Below, piece after piece: positions 47,978 through 57,630 of a DNA stretch of 64,000 bases (positions within the stretch are counted from its first letter, which is position 1; each line of letters starts with the position of its first letter). The notes beneath the pieces are model-generated. The model was not told the origin of the DNA and did not search any database. It was given only the letters and a program-made list of their open reading frames with translations. A program made the translations under genes and the position numbers. The stretch is from the NCBI GenBank assembly GCA_963806855.1, contig CAWDYW010000003.1, forward strand, positions 192,001 to 256,000, in the 5' to 3' direction. The stretch is from an uncultured Verrucomicrobiae bacterium (GTDB lineage: Bacteria; Chlamydiota; Chlamydiia; Chlamydiales; Rhabdochlamydiaceae).

Positions 47978-50900
47978 TTATTTCTTATCAATAATTGCTT
48001 GCAATCCGGGATCTTCGATGCCGTGTTGTTGCAATTCGGATAATGCTTCCTGTAAACGGGCGAGATCGGGGGGTGTATTAAGCATTATCTCTATTTCTGC
48101 TTGAGTGAATTTTTTTGCTTTATAGAAACGAATTCTGTCGCTTATTAATTCTGTTAATTTTGGCAGGCGAATTACTTCCGATGACTCTAAGGGCAGTCTA
48201 GTTGTTGGAGAGGTGTGATGTTTATTTGCCCAAACTTCTAAAAGTTTTCTTTCATAAAGTGTCTTCCCCTTTTCTTGGGTTGGGTCTAAGGAAAATTCGC
48301 AGATTGGAGCCCCAGTAATCGGGCATTCAAAAAGGCAGAATATCATATCATTTTCTAATTCTTGGGGGATCCCTTTTTCGAAGGAAAGCACAACTTCGGC
48401 AGAATTTTTTTGCAGGACGATTAGTTGTTGTAATTTATCTAAATTTGGGAAGGCAGGAAAAATTCTTTGCAGCTCCACCAATGCCGCGTCGAGAATGGCT
48501 GGGCTTGGTCTTTCTTGGCCGTTATAAGAACGCTTCTGGGCCTCGATTAAAGCTTTAACTGCAGGAAGTTGGCGCATATTGTGGTTTTGCACACCTCTTG
48601 CTTCTCGGATGTCTATCCCATCAAAATAGAGTTCAAAACAGATGGGACGTTTTGTGGTGTCGTTGATGAACAAGCTAAAAATCGGATCGTTTTCTAATTC
48701 AGCTGGGATTCCATAGTCAAATGAGATTCGGGGGATGACTCTTACTGCCATATTCTTTTTTGATGCTTCGAGAACGTGGGCTTCGTATTGCTCGCGGAGC
48801 TCTGCTAACTTTCTTTTCTCTTCTTCGAAGAGCAGCTTTTCTTGCCTTAATTCTTTGTCCTCTTGAACTTTTTCTTCGTTCTCTCTCGTCATTTCAATCG
48901 TTGCAGTGGTCATCATTTCAAATTCTAACAAGATGCGCATTGTCGCTTTTCTCACGTTTTCTATATCCTTAGCATTTCGCTCATCCATTTTCACAATCAT
49001 GTGACTGCAAATTTCCTGAACGTTGGATTTATAGTCGTTGAAATTTTGACGTGCCAATTCAAGGAACTCTTCTTGTCCACGTTGTTCATTTTCGAAAAGT
49101 TCCTTGAGTTGTTCTGCCATGATCGCATGTTGGAGTTGGAGTTCTCTATAGCCCTCATTCAGAGAGCTCTGATCTGCGTTGTTGGCTTGATGGACCGCAT
49201 TTCTGCGCGCATGTTCAGCATTTAATGCTTGAAACTGGTTATTTTCTTCATGAGGATTAAGGGCGGGGGGAGCACGGCGTATTACCCGCCGAGGTTGCTG
49301 CGGAGGTGGAGGCCGATCTTGTATTTGGACAACCCGGCGACTGGAAGGGGTTGATTCTGCATCTTCTCGATGGAGAGATGGTGGCTCTTGTTGGGGTACC
49401 GGCTGGGGGGAAAGAGGTCGGATAGGACTTAAGTCAAATTGTGGAGCGCTGCCCGGTGCTGGTTGCGGGGAAAGAGAGGGGGAACCTTCTATTAGGCGGC
49501 GAGATTTACCCATAATCTGATCTACGAGATTTTGAGCATGATCGAGCGGTGGTTGCGGGGGATGACGGAGGTGACGTTGTACTATGCGAACTGGGTTGGA
49601 AGGAGGGTTTGGCTCTGCATTGTCCTGTTGACGAGGTGCTCCGTCGAGGGAAAACCGGCGGCGGGGAGGAGGGGATAGGGCATCTTCTTCATCGGAAAAG
49701 TTAGGGGAAGAGTCTGACCGTACTAGGGCATGTAGGCTTTTTAATTCCGCTTTTCTGCGTGCGTGTTCAGCATCGCGACCTACTACTGCCTGAGGTTGTT
49801 CCAAAGGTGGAGAGCGACGTCGAAGTCCTATTAATCCATAACGGCGCTGGGGAGGAGAATTAAGCTCTGCATTGTCCTGTTGACGAGGTGGTCCGTCGAG
49901 GGAAAAGCGGCGGCGGAGAAGAGGGGGTAGGGTATCTTCATCATCATCGGAAAAGTGGGGGCGAAGGGCTGCATTATTGCCTTGTCGCATAGCATTATTC
50001 GCTTGAAGTACTGCATTATTGCGCGCATGGGCAGCATTTAACTGGTTAGTTTCTGCATTATTGCCTTGTCGCATAGCATTATTGCGCGCATAGTCAGCAT
50101 TTAACCGTTTATTTTCTGCAATCAATTGAGCAAGCCGGTTAGTTTCTGCATTCAATTGAGCAATTAATGCTTCGGAATCTCTGATAGGGTTATCGTCAGG
50201 ATCAGGACGTACCGGCTGAGAAGAAGATCGACGTCGTATGATGCGGATATTTTCCTTGCTCGGGGGAGGTGCTGGTCCTTGTACGGGCTGTGGGGGAAGA
50301 GGGGGTAGGGCATTCAGTCGGTTCAATTGAGCATTCAGTCGATCAAATTCAGCATACAGCCGACCAAATCCTTCATTGGAGGAAGAGTCTCTTATTTGGG
50401 CACTCACTCGATCCAATTCAGCACGCAGACGATCCAATTCAGCATTTCTGTGCTCCTGTTCGGCTAATTCATCGACGTTGGGAGCTCGAACTATGACCGG
50501 CTGAAGTTGCTGCGGAGGTGGAGGTCGACGTTGTATTATGTCAACCCGGGGACGAGGAGGATTGGGTTCAGCATTGTCACGATGGCGAGGCGGTGGTCCT
50601 TGTACGGGCGCTGGCTGTGGGGGAACAGGGTTTGGATTTATGTAAGCACGTGCTAAATATAGTGCTCTTGCGCTAACGGCCATACTCACGAGGGCGACCA
50701 CAGCTAAAACTGTCCAATGGGCAACTTTATTTGGATTGTAAAGATGTTGTGTTTTTAATGCCGAGGCGGAGGCAATCATCCAATGTAGTCCGATATTGCG
50801 AAGGGTTTGACGCCTGTCACCCTGTATAAGTTGTGGCAAGAGGTAACCAATCTTCGAGATTCCGTAAACCTCCAAGGCTATAGAGGCTATTGTGGCCGCT

Positions 50901-51295
50901 TCGCGTAGGTAGTTGTTTGCGACAAAGGAAATCGCGGTTGGCAGATAGGTTGAGGCTTTTGCTGTTGCGGCGGTGGTGACAACTTCTTGTACCTGACGCG
51001 TCCCAAAGAGGAAGCCAGATGCCAATGCTGTGCAGATAGGTAAGAAGGAATGGTTTTGAAGTAGATAGTCGGCTGCTGCTTTATGGGCTGCGAAGACAGT
51101 GGCGGCTAGGAGGATTCTTCTGTGATTGGCGATCATAAAGGGATAGCATCCGATGGTTACAGCTCCACCGAGTGCGCCACCTACACTATTTGTGACAGTC
51201 GCTCCGATCATTCCTCCTGCGGCAATCATGCACCCTATTTGTGCAAGCGCTGAGGTAGGTCTGGTTCTTCTCTCTATTTCGTCTAGGATTCTCAT
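47978..51295 (-). CDS. Membrane-anchored U-box protein with long coiled coil (copy C)
   Basis: Paralog of A and B; 'FECPITG...TSPTTRLPL'. Confidence 0.85.
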   Translation of the reverse strand: MRILDEIERRTRPTSALAQIGCMIAAGGMIGATVTNSVGGALGGAVTIGCYPFMIANHRRILLAATVFAAHKAAADYLLQNHSFLPICTALASGFLFGTRQVQEVVTTAATAKASTYLPTAISFVANNYLREAATIASIALEVYGISKIGYLLPQLIQGDRRQTLRNIGLHWMIASASALKTQHLYNPNKVAHWTVLAVVALVSMAVSARALYLARAYINPNPVPPQPAPVQGPPPRHRDNAEPNPPRPRVDIIQRRPPPPQQLQPVIVRAPNVDELAEQEHRNAELDRLRAELDRVSAQIRDSSSNEGFGRLYAEFDRLNAQLNRLNALPPLPPQPVQGPAPPPSKENIRIIRRRSSSQPVRPDPDDNPIRDSEALIAQLNAETNRLAQLIAENKRLNADYARNNAMRQGNNAETNQLNAAHARNNAVLQANNAMRQGNNAALRPHFSDDDEDTLPPLLRRRFSLDGPPRQQDNAELNSPPQRRYGLIGLRRRSPPLEQPQAVVGRDAEHARRKAELKSLHALVRSDSSPNFSDEEDALSPPPRRRFSLDGAPRQQDNAEPNPPSNPVRIVQRHLRHPPQPPLDHAQNLVDQIMGKSRRLIEGSPSLSPQPAPGSAPQFDLSPIRPLSPQPVPQQEPPSLHREDAESTPSSRRVVQIQDRPPPPQQPRRVIRRAPPALNPHEENNQFQALNAEHARRNAVHQANNADQSSLNEGYRELQLQHAIMAEQLKELFENEQRGQEEFLELARQNFNDYKSNVQEICSHMIVKMDERNAKDIENVRKATMRILLEFEMMTTATIEMTRENEEKVQEDKELRQEKLLFEEEKRKLAELREQYEAHVLEASKKNMAVRVIPRISFDYGIPAELENDPIFSLFINDTTKRPICFELYFDGIDIREARGVQNHNMRQLPAVKALIEAQKRSYNGQERPSPAILDAALVELQRIFPAFPNLDKLQQLIVLQKNSAEVVLSFEKGIPQELENDMIFCLFECPITGAPICEFSLDPTQEKGKTLYERKLLEVWANKHHTSPTTRLPLESSEVIRLPKLTELISDRIRFYKAKKFTQAEIEIMLNTPPDLARLQEALSELQQHGIEDPGLQAIIDKK

Positions 51296-51349
51296 AATTG
51301 TGGGGAGATTGTCCAGAAATAGAGGGAATTTTACAAGGGCAAAAATATT

Positions 51350-54300
51350 TTAAAAGGCCCAATCAAATCGGACATCGCCTTCATTGATGATGGTTTTCTT
51401 ATTGTAGTAACCTTTGTAATTCATCGAGAATGAACGAGCGCAGTTGTCTGTCCATTTCATCCCCAATTGCGGCGAGATAAACTGGATCGAGGTCTGGGAA
51501 CTAATGGTGTCGATCACGCAGGTTTGACCGACGAAGCTGGCGCGCTGATGGATGTTGCCGAGCGGATATTCGCCGACCCAGCTGAGAGCGATGTAGGGAG
51601 CAGAAAAACTTTTGCAGTTCTCCCAAATGTGGTAGAGCCTTAAGCCCGCTTCGCCGCGTAGCATGTTCTGGTTGTGCCCTTGGACGGTGAGGTTGATACC
51701 GCCGCCGCCAAGTTCGGTAAAGCCTTTGCGGTGGTAGTAGTGGTAATCGGTCAGGGCGAAGGGCTCGAGGATTTTGCTGCACCAGTTCAATTTCCATCCT
51801 AACCCGAGATGGGCCGTCCCAAAGTAGGCGTCTGGATGGCTGCGGGCTTTCCGATCGATGATCATGGGAGGCGTTGGGATGGTGAAGGCGACATTACGGG
51901 TGAGTTGATAGTCGCTTTTTCCGCCGATCGTTGAAAAATCGAGGTCTAGGCAGCGCCATCGGTAACTGCCGTACACAGCACCGTAGTAGGTGTTGCTGTT
52001 GCCGCCGCCTAGATGATTTTTCCAGTGGATCCAGTTGTAGGTGTAGCCGCCTGCGATGCCGATATCGAACATTTTGCAAAAGGAAAAATCGAACCCGGCG
52101 ATGACACCAGCAGCTTCCGATTTGTAGCGGGTCAGGTTGTCGAAGTGTTGTTTGTTGTTCATCAGCGCGCCATACCCGTCAATCCAGAAATTGAAGCGCT
52201 CGCAGGGCTTGCAACGCAGCTCAAAGAGCCGCTCGGAGAGGATTCTGGCAATGAGGCTATTGTCGCGGGCATTGATCCAATCGAGGGTTCCAAAATTGAC
52301 CGGGGACATGGCGTAGAGGGCTTCATTGAGTGCCGAGTTGCTGAGCTCGCCAAGAGCGAGGATGATCGTTGTGAAATCAGAAAGGCTCGTGATGGTGGCG
52401 TTGTTGAGGCAATTCGCCACTGTTGTCGTAATGCCCGGATTGACTATTTGGTGCTTGAAGAACGCATGCTGCAAGACAGTGAGGACGACCCCATTCGTAT
52501 AGCTGATGCCCAAATTGACGAAACTAGCAGCAGGTCCAGTGGGAACAAAATTAAAGGTGCCGGTCACCGGGCCGCTGATAACGATAAATTGAGTCCCTTG
52601 GATGTAGTTCCCATTATTGAGGAAGGCTTGAAGAGTGCCAGCTAGCGTCGCCGATCCGACGATTAAGGAGTTATTGGGCGGAGAAGCAGATGGGACGATA
52701 TTGATTAAGAGGCTACCGCCAGGGTCATTGATGAAGGAGCCGACGGTGATCTGTCCGACGCTGTTGTTTCCGGGGGAGACGATTCCATTGTTCGTTAGGG
52801 TTCCAGGGGTTGAAAAAGTGCCTGTCACCGTTCCATTGTTGGTGATGCTTGTCACAATGGAGCCGTTGATGTTCAGTGTCCCTGCATTGACGGTGGTCGT
52901 TCCGGTATAGGTATTCGCTCCGTTTAGGTGTAGAATGGCGCCGCCGCTTTTTGTCAGTCCCCCTCCAGCCACGACGTTATCAGAGGCGATCGGATTCGGA
53001 ATGGTGACGTCGCTTGTAATATCGAAGGTGATGGCGGCGCCACCCATCATGAAAATATCAGCACCAGCTGCCTTGCCGCCTGTCGCCCCATTGTCTCCTG
53101 CAGCTCCCGCTATCACTGTATCGCTTTGGAATGTGGCCGAGCCATTGATCGTCAGGTTGCCTCCTGTTTCGATAAAGATCGCGCCCCCAAATCCTGCGCC
53201 CCCGCCCCCGCCCCCACCGGTCGGAGAGGGTGCTGAGAGGGTGCCGGGGCCCCCATTTCCACCGCCAAATCCTCCAGTGCCTTGGGTGCCTGGGCTGCCC
53301 GGACCTACATCGAGCCCACCACCTCCACCGCCCCCGCCACCGAAGCCGCCGCCGCCTCCATTGCCGCCACTTCCACCACCACCCTCTATTGCTGATAAAC
53401 AGAATCCACCGCCGCCGCCTCCTCCGCCAAAAAATGGAGGTGCGATCCCCCCGCCTTGGCCTCCGGCTCCTCCGCTCGCGCCGGCTCCTTCACCGCCGCC
53501 ACCGCCACCGGCGCCGAAGCCCCCATTGCCTCCATTGCCGCCCAAGTTGTGCCCCCCTCCTGGTCCAGCACCGCCACCACCGCCACCGCCACCAGTGCCG
53601 CCAGCACCTCCACTTCCTGCATCTCCACCGAGTGGGCTTCCACCGCCGCCCCCGCCAGTGCCCGAAGAGCCAGTGGCACCAGCAGCGCTTCCAGTCCCTC
53701 CAATCCCTCCAGCGCCACCGCCGAAATTTGTCCCCCCATTTCCTCCGATACCAGTAGAGCCATTTGCTCCTACGCTTCCTGTCCCGCCTCCACCGCCACC
53801 GCCACCACCTACCGCTGCTCCGCCAGAGAAAGCAAAGCCCCCGCCGCCATTTCCTCCTTCAGCTGGACTAATTTGTGTGCCCCCGCCAGTCATGCCGCCC
53901 CCGCCGCCGCCTCCCTGATTTGTTTGAGAGTGAGTGCCACCGGATCCCCCCGTCGCATTGCAGGTCATGAAGGCAGGATTGTTCAAGATGACCGAGGAGC
54001 CGTTGCTGATAAATAATGCGCCGCCAAGTCCTGGGCCGCCGCCGCCCGCTCCCGCATCAAGACCGGCCGGTCCTCCCAGGCCACCTTGGGCTATGAAATT
54101 AGAGAACGTCAGATTGCTAATCGTCACCGTTCCCCCCTGAACGAAGAACCCTCTGAAAGTGTTCGACCCATTCAAAGTGAAGTTATTCCCCAAGATAGTG
54201 ATCGAATTGGCGACTGGGGTGAAGTTGCCTAGAGGAGTATTGGTATTCACCGGGCGGAGTAGTGGTGCGATCGAAGGAGTGAGCGTGATGCTATTGAGGA

Positions 54301-54451
54301 AATTAATGGGTGAAGTACCTGCTGCTCCGGTATTGGCATTAATGATCGCCATATTGAGATCTGTGTCGGTGCTGACGTTGGGGAGGGTTGAAAATAGCAG
54401 TGTCGAAGAGCTAAAGAGGATCAAAGAGGTGAGAAATTTTTTCGCCACCAT
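51350..54451 (-). CDS. Gly-rich autotransporter (type Va)
   Basis: Signal peptide, poly-Gly passenger, PATR 'GGLTKSGGAILHLNGANTYTGTTTVNAGTL', beta-barrel ending in Phe. Confidence 0.92.
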   Translation of the reverse strand: MVAKKFLTSLILFSSSTLLFSTLPNVSTDTDLNMAIINANTGAAGTSPINFLNSITLTPSIAPLLRPVNTNTPLGNFTPVANSITILGNNFTLNGSNTFRGFFVQGGTVTISNLTFSNFIAQGGLGGPAGLDAGAGGGGPGLGGALFISNGSSVILNNPAFMTCNATGGSGGTHSQTNQGGGGGGGMTGGGTQISPAEGGNGGGGFAFSGGAAVGGGGGGGGGTGSVGANGSTGIGGNGGTNFGGGAGGIGGTGSAAGATGSSGTGGGGGGSPLGGDAGSGGAGGTGGGGGGGGAGPGGGHNLGGNGGNGGFGAGGGGGGEGAGASGGAGGQGGGIAPPFFGGGGGGGGFCLSAIEGGGGSGGNGGGGGFGGGGGGGGGLDVGPGSPGTQGTGGFGGGNGGPGTLSAPSPTGGGGGGGAGFGGAIFIETGGNLTINGSATFQSDTVIAGAAGDNGATGGKAAGADIFMMGGAAITFDITSDVTIPNPIASDNVVAGGGLTKSGGAILHLNGANTYTGTTTVNAGTLNINGSIVTSITNNGTVTGTFSTPGTLTNNGIVSPGNNSVGQITVGSFINDPGGSLLINIVPSASPPNNSLIVGSATLAGTLQAFLNNGNYIQGTQFIVISGPVTGTFNFVPTGPAASFVNLGISYTNGVVLTVLQHAFFKHQIVNPGITTTVANCLNNATITSLSDFTTIILALGELSNSALNEALYAMSPVNFGTLDWINARDNSLIARILSERLFELRCKPCERFNFWIDGYGALMNNKQHFDNLTRYKSEAAGVIAGFDFSFCKMFDIGIAGGYTYNWIHWKNHLGGGNSNTYYGAVYGSYRWRCLDLDFSTIGGKSDYQLTRNVAFTIPTPPMIIDRKARSHPDAYFGTAHLGLGWKLNWCSKILEPFALTDYHYYHRKGFTELGGGGINLTVQGHNQNMLRGEAGLRLYHIWENCKSFSAPYIALSWVGEYPLGNIHQRASFVGQTCVIDTISSQTSIQFISPQLGMKWTDNCARSFSMNYKGYYNKKTIINEGDVRFDWAF

Positions 54452-57400
54452 TAAAAAGCAATCTCCATTCGGACGTCGCCTTCATTGATGATGGTTTTCT
54501 TATTGAAGTAGCCTTTGTAATTTATCGAGAATGAACAACCGCAGTCGTTTGTCCATTTCATCCCTAATTGAGGCGAGATGAATTGAATCGAAGAATGCGA
54601 GCTGATCACATCCATCACACAGGTTTGATCGACGAAGCTGGCCCGCTGATGGATTTTGCCAAGCGTATATTCTCCAACCCAGCTGAGAGATATATAGGGA
54701 GCCGAATAGCAGGCGCAGTTTTCCCAAATGCGAAAGATCCGCAGGCCCGCTTCGCCGCGCAGCATGTTTTGGTTGTGCCCCTGAACGCGCAGGTTGAGGC
54801 TATTAGCTCCAGTTTCATTGAAACTTTTCCGACGGAAGAAGTGGTAGTCGGCCAGGCCGTAGGGCTCGAGGATTTTGTTACACCAGTTCCACTTTAAGTC
54901 TAGCCCCAGATGGCCGGTGGCAAAATAGGCCTCAGGATGGCTGCGCGCTTTCCGATCGAGGCTCAAAGTGAATGTCGACGCAGGAACCGTGGGATTGCCT
55001 CCGCAGAGGTTGGGCGTGGGGTTTGCCTGAGTGAAAAATTCTTGGAAGAAGATCTCGCGAGTGAGCTGATATTTGCTTTTTCCTGCCAGCGCTGAAAAAT
55101 CGAGATCGAGACAGCACAATTGGAAGGAGCCATACACAGCGCCGTAGTAGGTATTGTTATTGCCGCCTCCCCGATGATTTTTCCAGTGGATCCAGTTGTG
55201 GGTATAGCCGCCTGCAACTCCAATATCAAAAGCGCGAAAAAGCATAAAATCTAAACCGGCGATCCCACCAGCGGCATCGGCTCTATAGCGGCTTAAATTG
55301 TTAAACTGTTTATTGTTATTTGCCAAAGAGCCGTAACCATCGACCCAGAAGTTAAATCGCTCGCAGGGCTTGCAGCGCAGTTCAAAGAGGCGCTCAGAGA
55401 GGATTCTGGTAATCAGGCTGTTATCGCGGGCATTGATCCAATCGAGGGCGCCATAATTGACTGGGGACATTGCTGAGAGCACCTGGTTGAGAGTGGTGTT
55501 CGACAGCGCCCCAAGACTTCTGACGATATTAGCAAGATCTGAGCCGGGTACCATATTGGCGCTCAGGATGCATTCGGCTACCGCTGTGGGCACGCCCGGA
55601 TTGATGATTTGGTGCATGAAAATCGCGCTTTCCAAGATGGTCACGATGACGCTGCTATAGCTTACTTCCAAATTGACGAAGTTAGCGAAGGGCCCAGTCT
55701 TGAGGGTTTGAGCAAACGTTCCTGTTGTTGGTCCATTGACGACCGTGTAGGTGGTTCCTGCGATATAATTGCCAGGATTAAGGAAGATCTCCAGCGTTCC
55801 TCCGAGGGGGGCCGCTCCAACGTTGAGAGTGCTATTCCCTGGGGAAAGGGAAGGGGAGAGTGTGACTAGGAGGATTCCCCCAGGGTTATTTGTGAAGCTG
55901 CCGACCGTGATCTGTCCTACCCCGTTGTCCCCCGGTGAGACCACCCCATTGTTGGTGATGCTGCCTGGCATCGAGAAATTACCCGTTACAGTCGAGTTGT
56001 TGAGGATATTCGTCACAATCGAGCCATCGATGTTCAGCGTTCCACCATTGACAGTTGTCAATCCGGTGTAGGTGTTAGCTCCATTTAATGTCAGCGTCGC
56101 ACAACCGGTTTTTGTCAGCCCCCCTCCAGCCACAACATTATCTGAGGCGATCGGATTCGGAATGTTGACATCGCTCGTAATATTGAAGGTGATGGCCCCG
56201 CCACCCATCATGAAAATGTCGGCCCCCGCTGCGCTCCCACTTGTGGCGCCTTGACCGCCCGAAGCGCCTGCAACCACAGTGTTCCCTTCGAAAGTCGCAG
56301 AGCCATTAATCGTCACAGCCCCGCCGTTTTCAATAAAAATCGCCCCGCCGAAACCAGCGCCGCCCCCGCCTCCTCCACCTGTTGCTGTACCGCCATTCCC
56401 TCCAGTGCCCCCGGAGCCTCCACCAAATCCGTGGCCACCACCAGCTCCCCCCGGGCCCACTGCCTCCATCAGAGATCCACCCCCGCCACCACCAGCGCCA
56501 AAGCCCCCAGTACCACCGCGAGCTACAGGAGTGGTTCCGACAGTTACCGCACCGCCGCCGCCTCCGCCACCGAATCCACCAGCACCACCGGCGCCACTGG
56601 AACTATTTCCATATGAGCCACCTCCACCTCCACCAAATGAGCCTCCTGTTCCCCCAGAGCCGCCAGTGGCTCCGATTGCTACTGCACCGCCGCCACCCCC
56701 GCCGCCGGCACCCCCAATTCCTCCAGCCCCACCATTAACACCGTTTCCTTCTCCGCCGCCTCCGCCGCCACCACCGCCGGGCGGAAAGCCATTCCCTCCA
56801 ATGCCACCTGCCCCAAGGCCAGCACCGCCAGTACCACCTGAATTTCCTTGGAAATTATTTCCCCCGGTCCCTCCCTTGGAAATGGTCGAATCTCCTCCGA
56901 CGCTGCCGGTCCCGCCCCCTCCGCTACCGTTATTACCACCAGGGTCTGGACTCAACGAAGTACCGCCATTGAAAGCGAAGCCTCCTCCGCCAATTCCAGC
57001 CTCTGACTCGGTTTGGGATCCACCTCCATTACCGGTCAAACCGCCCCCGCCCCCGCCACCAAAAATGGAGGTGGTAACGAGCATACCGCCGGAGCCGCCC
57101 GTTGCATTCGAATCGAGAAAAGAAGGATTGTTCAAGATGGCAGTCGAGCCATTGCTGACATACAGAGCGCCGCCAAGACCCGCCCCGCCGCCGCCACCGC
57201 CGCCAAATTGGAATGCGCTTCCATTGCCACCCTGTGCTCTGAAATTGGAGAACGTCAGGTTGCTAATCGTCACCGTCCCCCCCTGAACGAAGAACCCCCT
57301 GAAAGTGTTCGACCCATTCAAAGTGAAGTTATTCCCTAAGATCGTGATCGAATTGGCGACAGGGGTGAAGTTGCCTAGAGGAGTATTGGTATTCAGCGGG

Positions 57401-57588
57401 CGGAGTAGTGGTGCGATCGAAGGCGTGAGCGTGATGCTATTGAGGAAGTTAATCGTTGTATCGGCGCCGGTATTGGCAAAGTTGATAATCTTATCGTCGA
57501 GCGTTGTATCGTTATTTGCATTTTGCGTTGCCAATAATGCAGATGAAGAAAATAAAATCAAAGAAGTGAGAAATTTTCTCGCCAGCAT
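54451..57588 (-). CDS. Gly-rich autotransporter (paralog)
   Basis: Same architecture; its stop overlaps the next start (TAATG). Confidence 0.92.
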   Translation of the reverse strand: MLARKFLTSLILFSSSALLATQNANNDTTLDDKIINFANTGADTTINFLNSITLTPSIAPLLRPLNTNTPLGNFTPVANSITILGNNFTLNGSNTFRGFFVQGGTVTISNLTFSNFRAQGGNGSAFQFGGGGGGGAGLGGALYVSNGSTAILNNPSFLDSNATGGSGGMLVTTSIFGGGGGGGLTGNGGGSQTESEAGIGGGGFAFNGGTSLSPDPGGNNGSGGGGTGSVGGDSTISKGGTGGNNFQGNSGGTGGAGLGAGGIGGNGFPPGGGGGGGGGEGNGVNGGAGGIGGAGGGGGGGAVAIGATGGSGGTGGSFGGGGGGSYGNSSSGAGGAGGFGGGGGGGAVTVGTTPVARGGTGGFGAGGGGGGSLMEAVGPGGAGGGHGFGGGSGGTGGNGGTATGGGGGGGAGFGGAIFIENGGAVTINGSATFEGNTVVAGASGGQGATSGSAAGADIFMMGGGAITFNITSDVNIPNPIASDNVVAGGGLTKTGCATLTLNGANTYTGLTTVNGGTLNIDGSIVTNILNNSTVTGNFSMPGSITNNGVVSPGDNGVGQITVGSFTNNPGGILLVTLSPSLSPGNSTLNVGAAPLGGTLEIFLNPGNYIAGTTYTVVNGPTTGTFAQTLKTGPFANFVNLEVSYSSVIVTILESAIFMHQIINPGVPTAVAECILSANMVPGSDLANIVRSLGALSNTTLNQVLSAMSPVNYGALDWINARDNSLITRILSERLFELRCKPCERFNFWVDGYGSLANNNKQFNNLSRYRADAAGGIAGLDFMLFRAFDIGVAGGYTHNWIHWKNHRGGGNNNTYYGAVYGSFQLCCLDLDFSALAGKSKYQLTREIFFQEFFTQANPTPNLCGGNPTVPASTFTLSLDRKARSHPEAYFATGHLGLDLKWNWCNKILEPYGLADYHFFRRKSFNETGANSLNLRVQGHNQNMLRGEAGLRIFRIWENCACYSAPYISLSWVGEYTLGKIHQRASFVDQTCVMDVISSHSSIQFISPQLGMKWTNDCGCSFSINYKGYFNKKTIINEGDVRMEIAF

Positions 57589-57630
57589 TAGAATAAACCT
57601 CTAACCGGAGCTTACCGAATAAAGATTTTT

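Noticed and set aside
46906..50455. Identical repeats as a diversity-generating retroelement TR/VR pair
   Set aside because: No reverse transcriptase in the window and no adenine-specific mismatches; the copies are identical and both coding.
52935..53918. 327-aa Pro-rich ORF on the plus strand
   Set aside because: Antisense shadow of the poly-Gly autotransporter passenger (GGN codons read as CCN).
56279..57286. 335-aa Pro-rich ORF on the plus strand
   Set aside because: Same antisense artefact in the second autotransporter.
51350..57588. PE-PGRS or classical Pmp assignment
   Set aside because: No PE domain; too few GGA(I/L/V)/FxxN repeats for a typical Pmp; PATR plus barrel indicates a generic type Va autotransporter.
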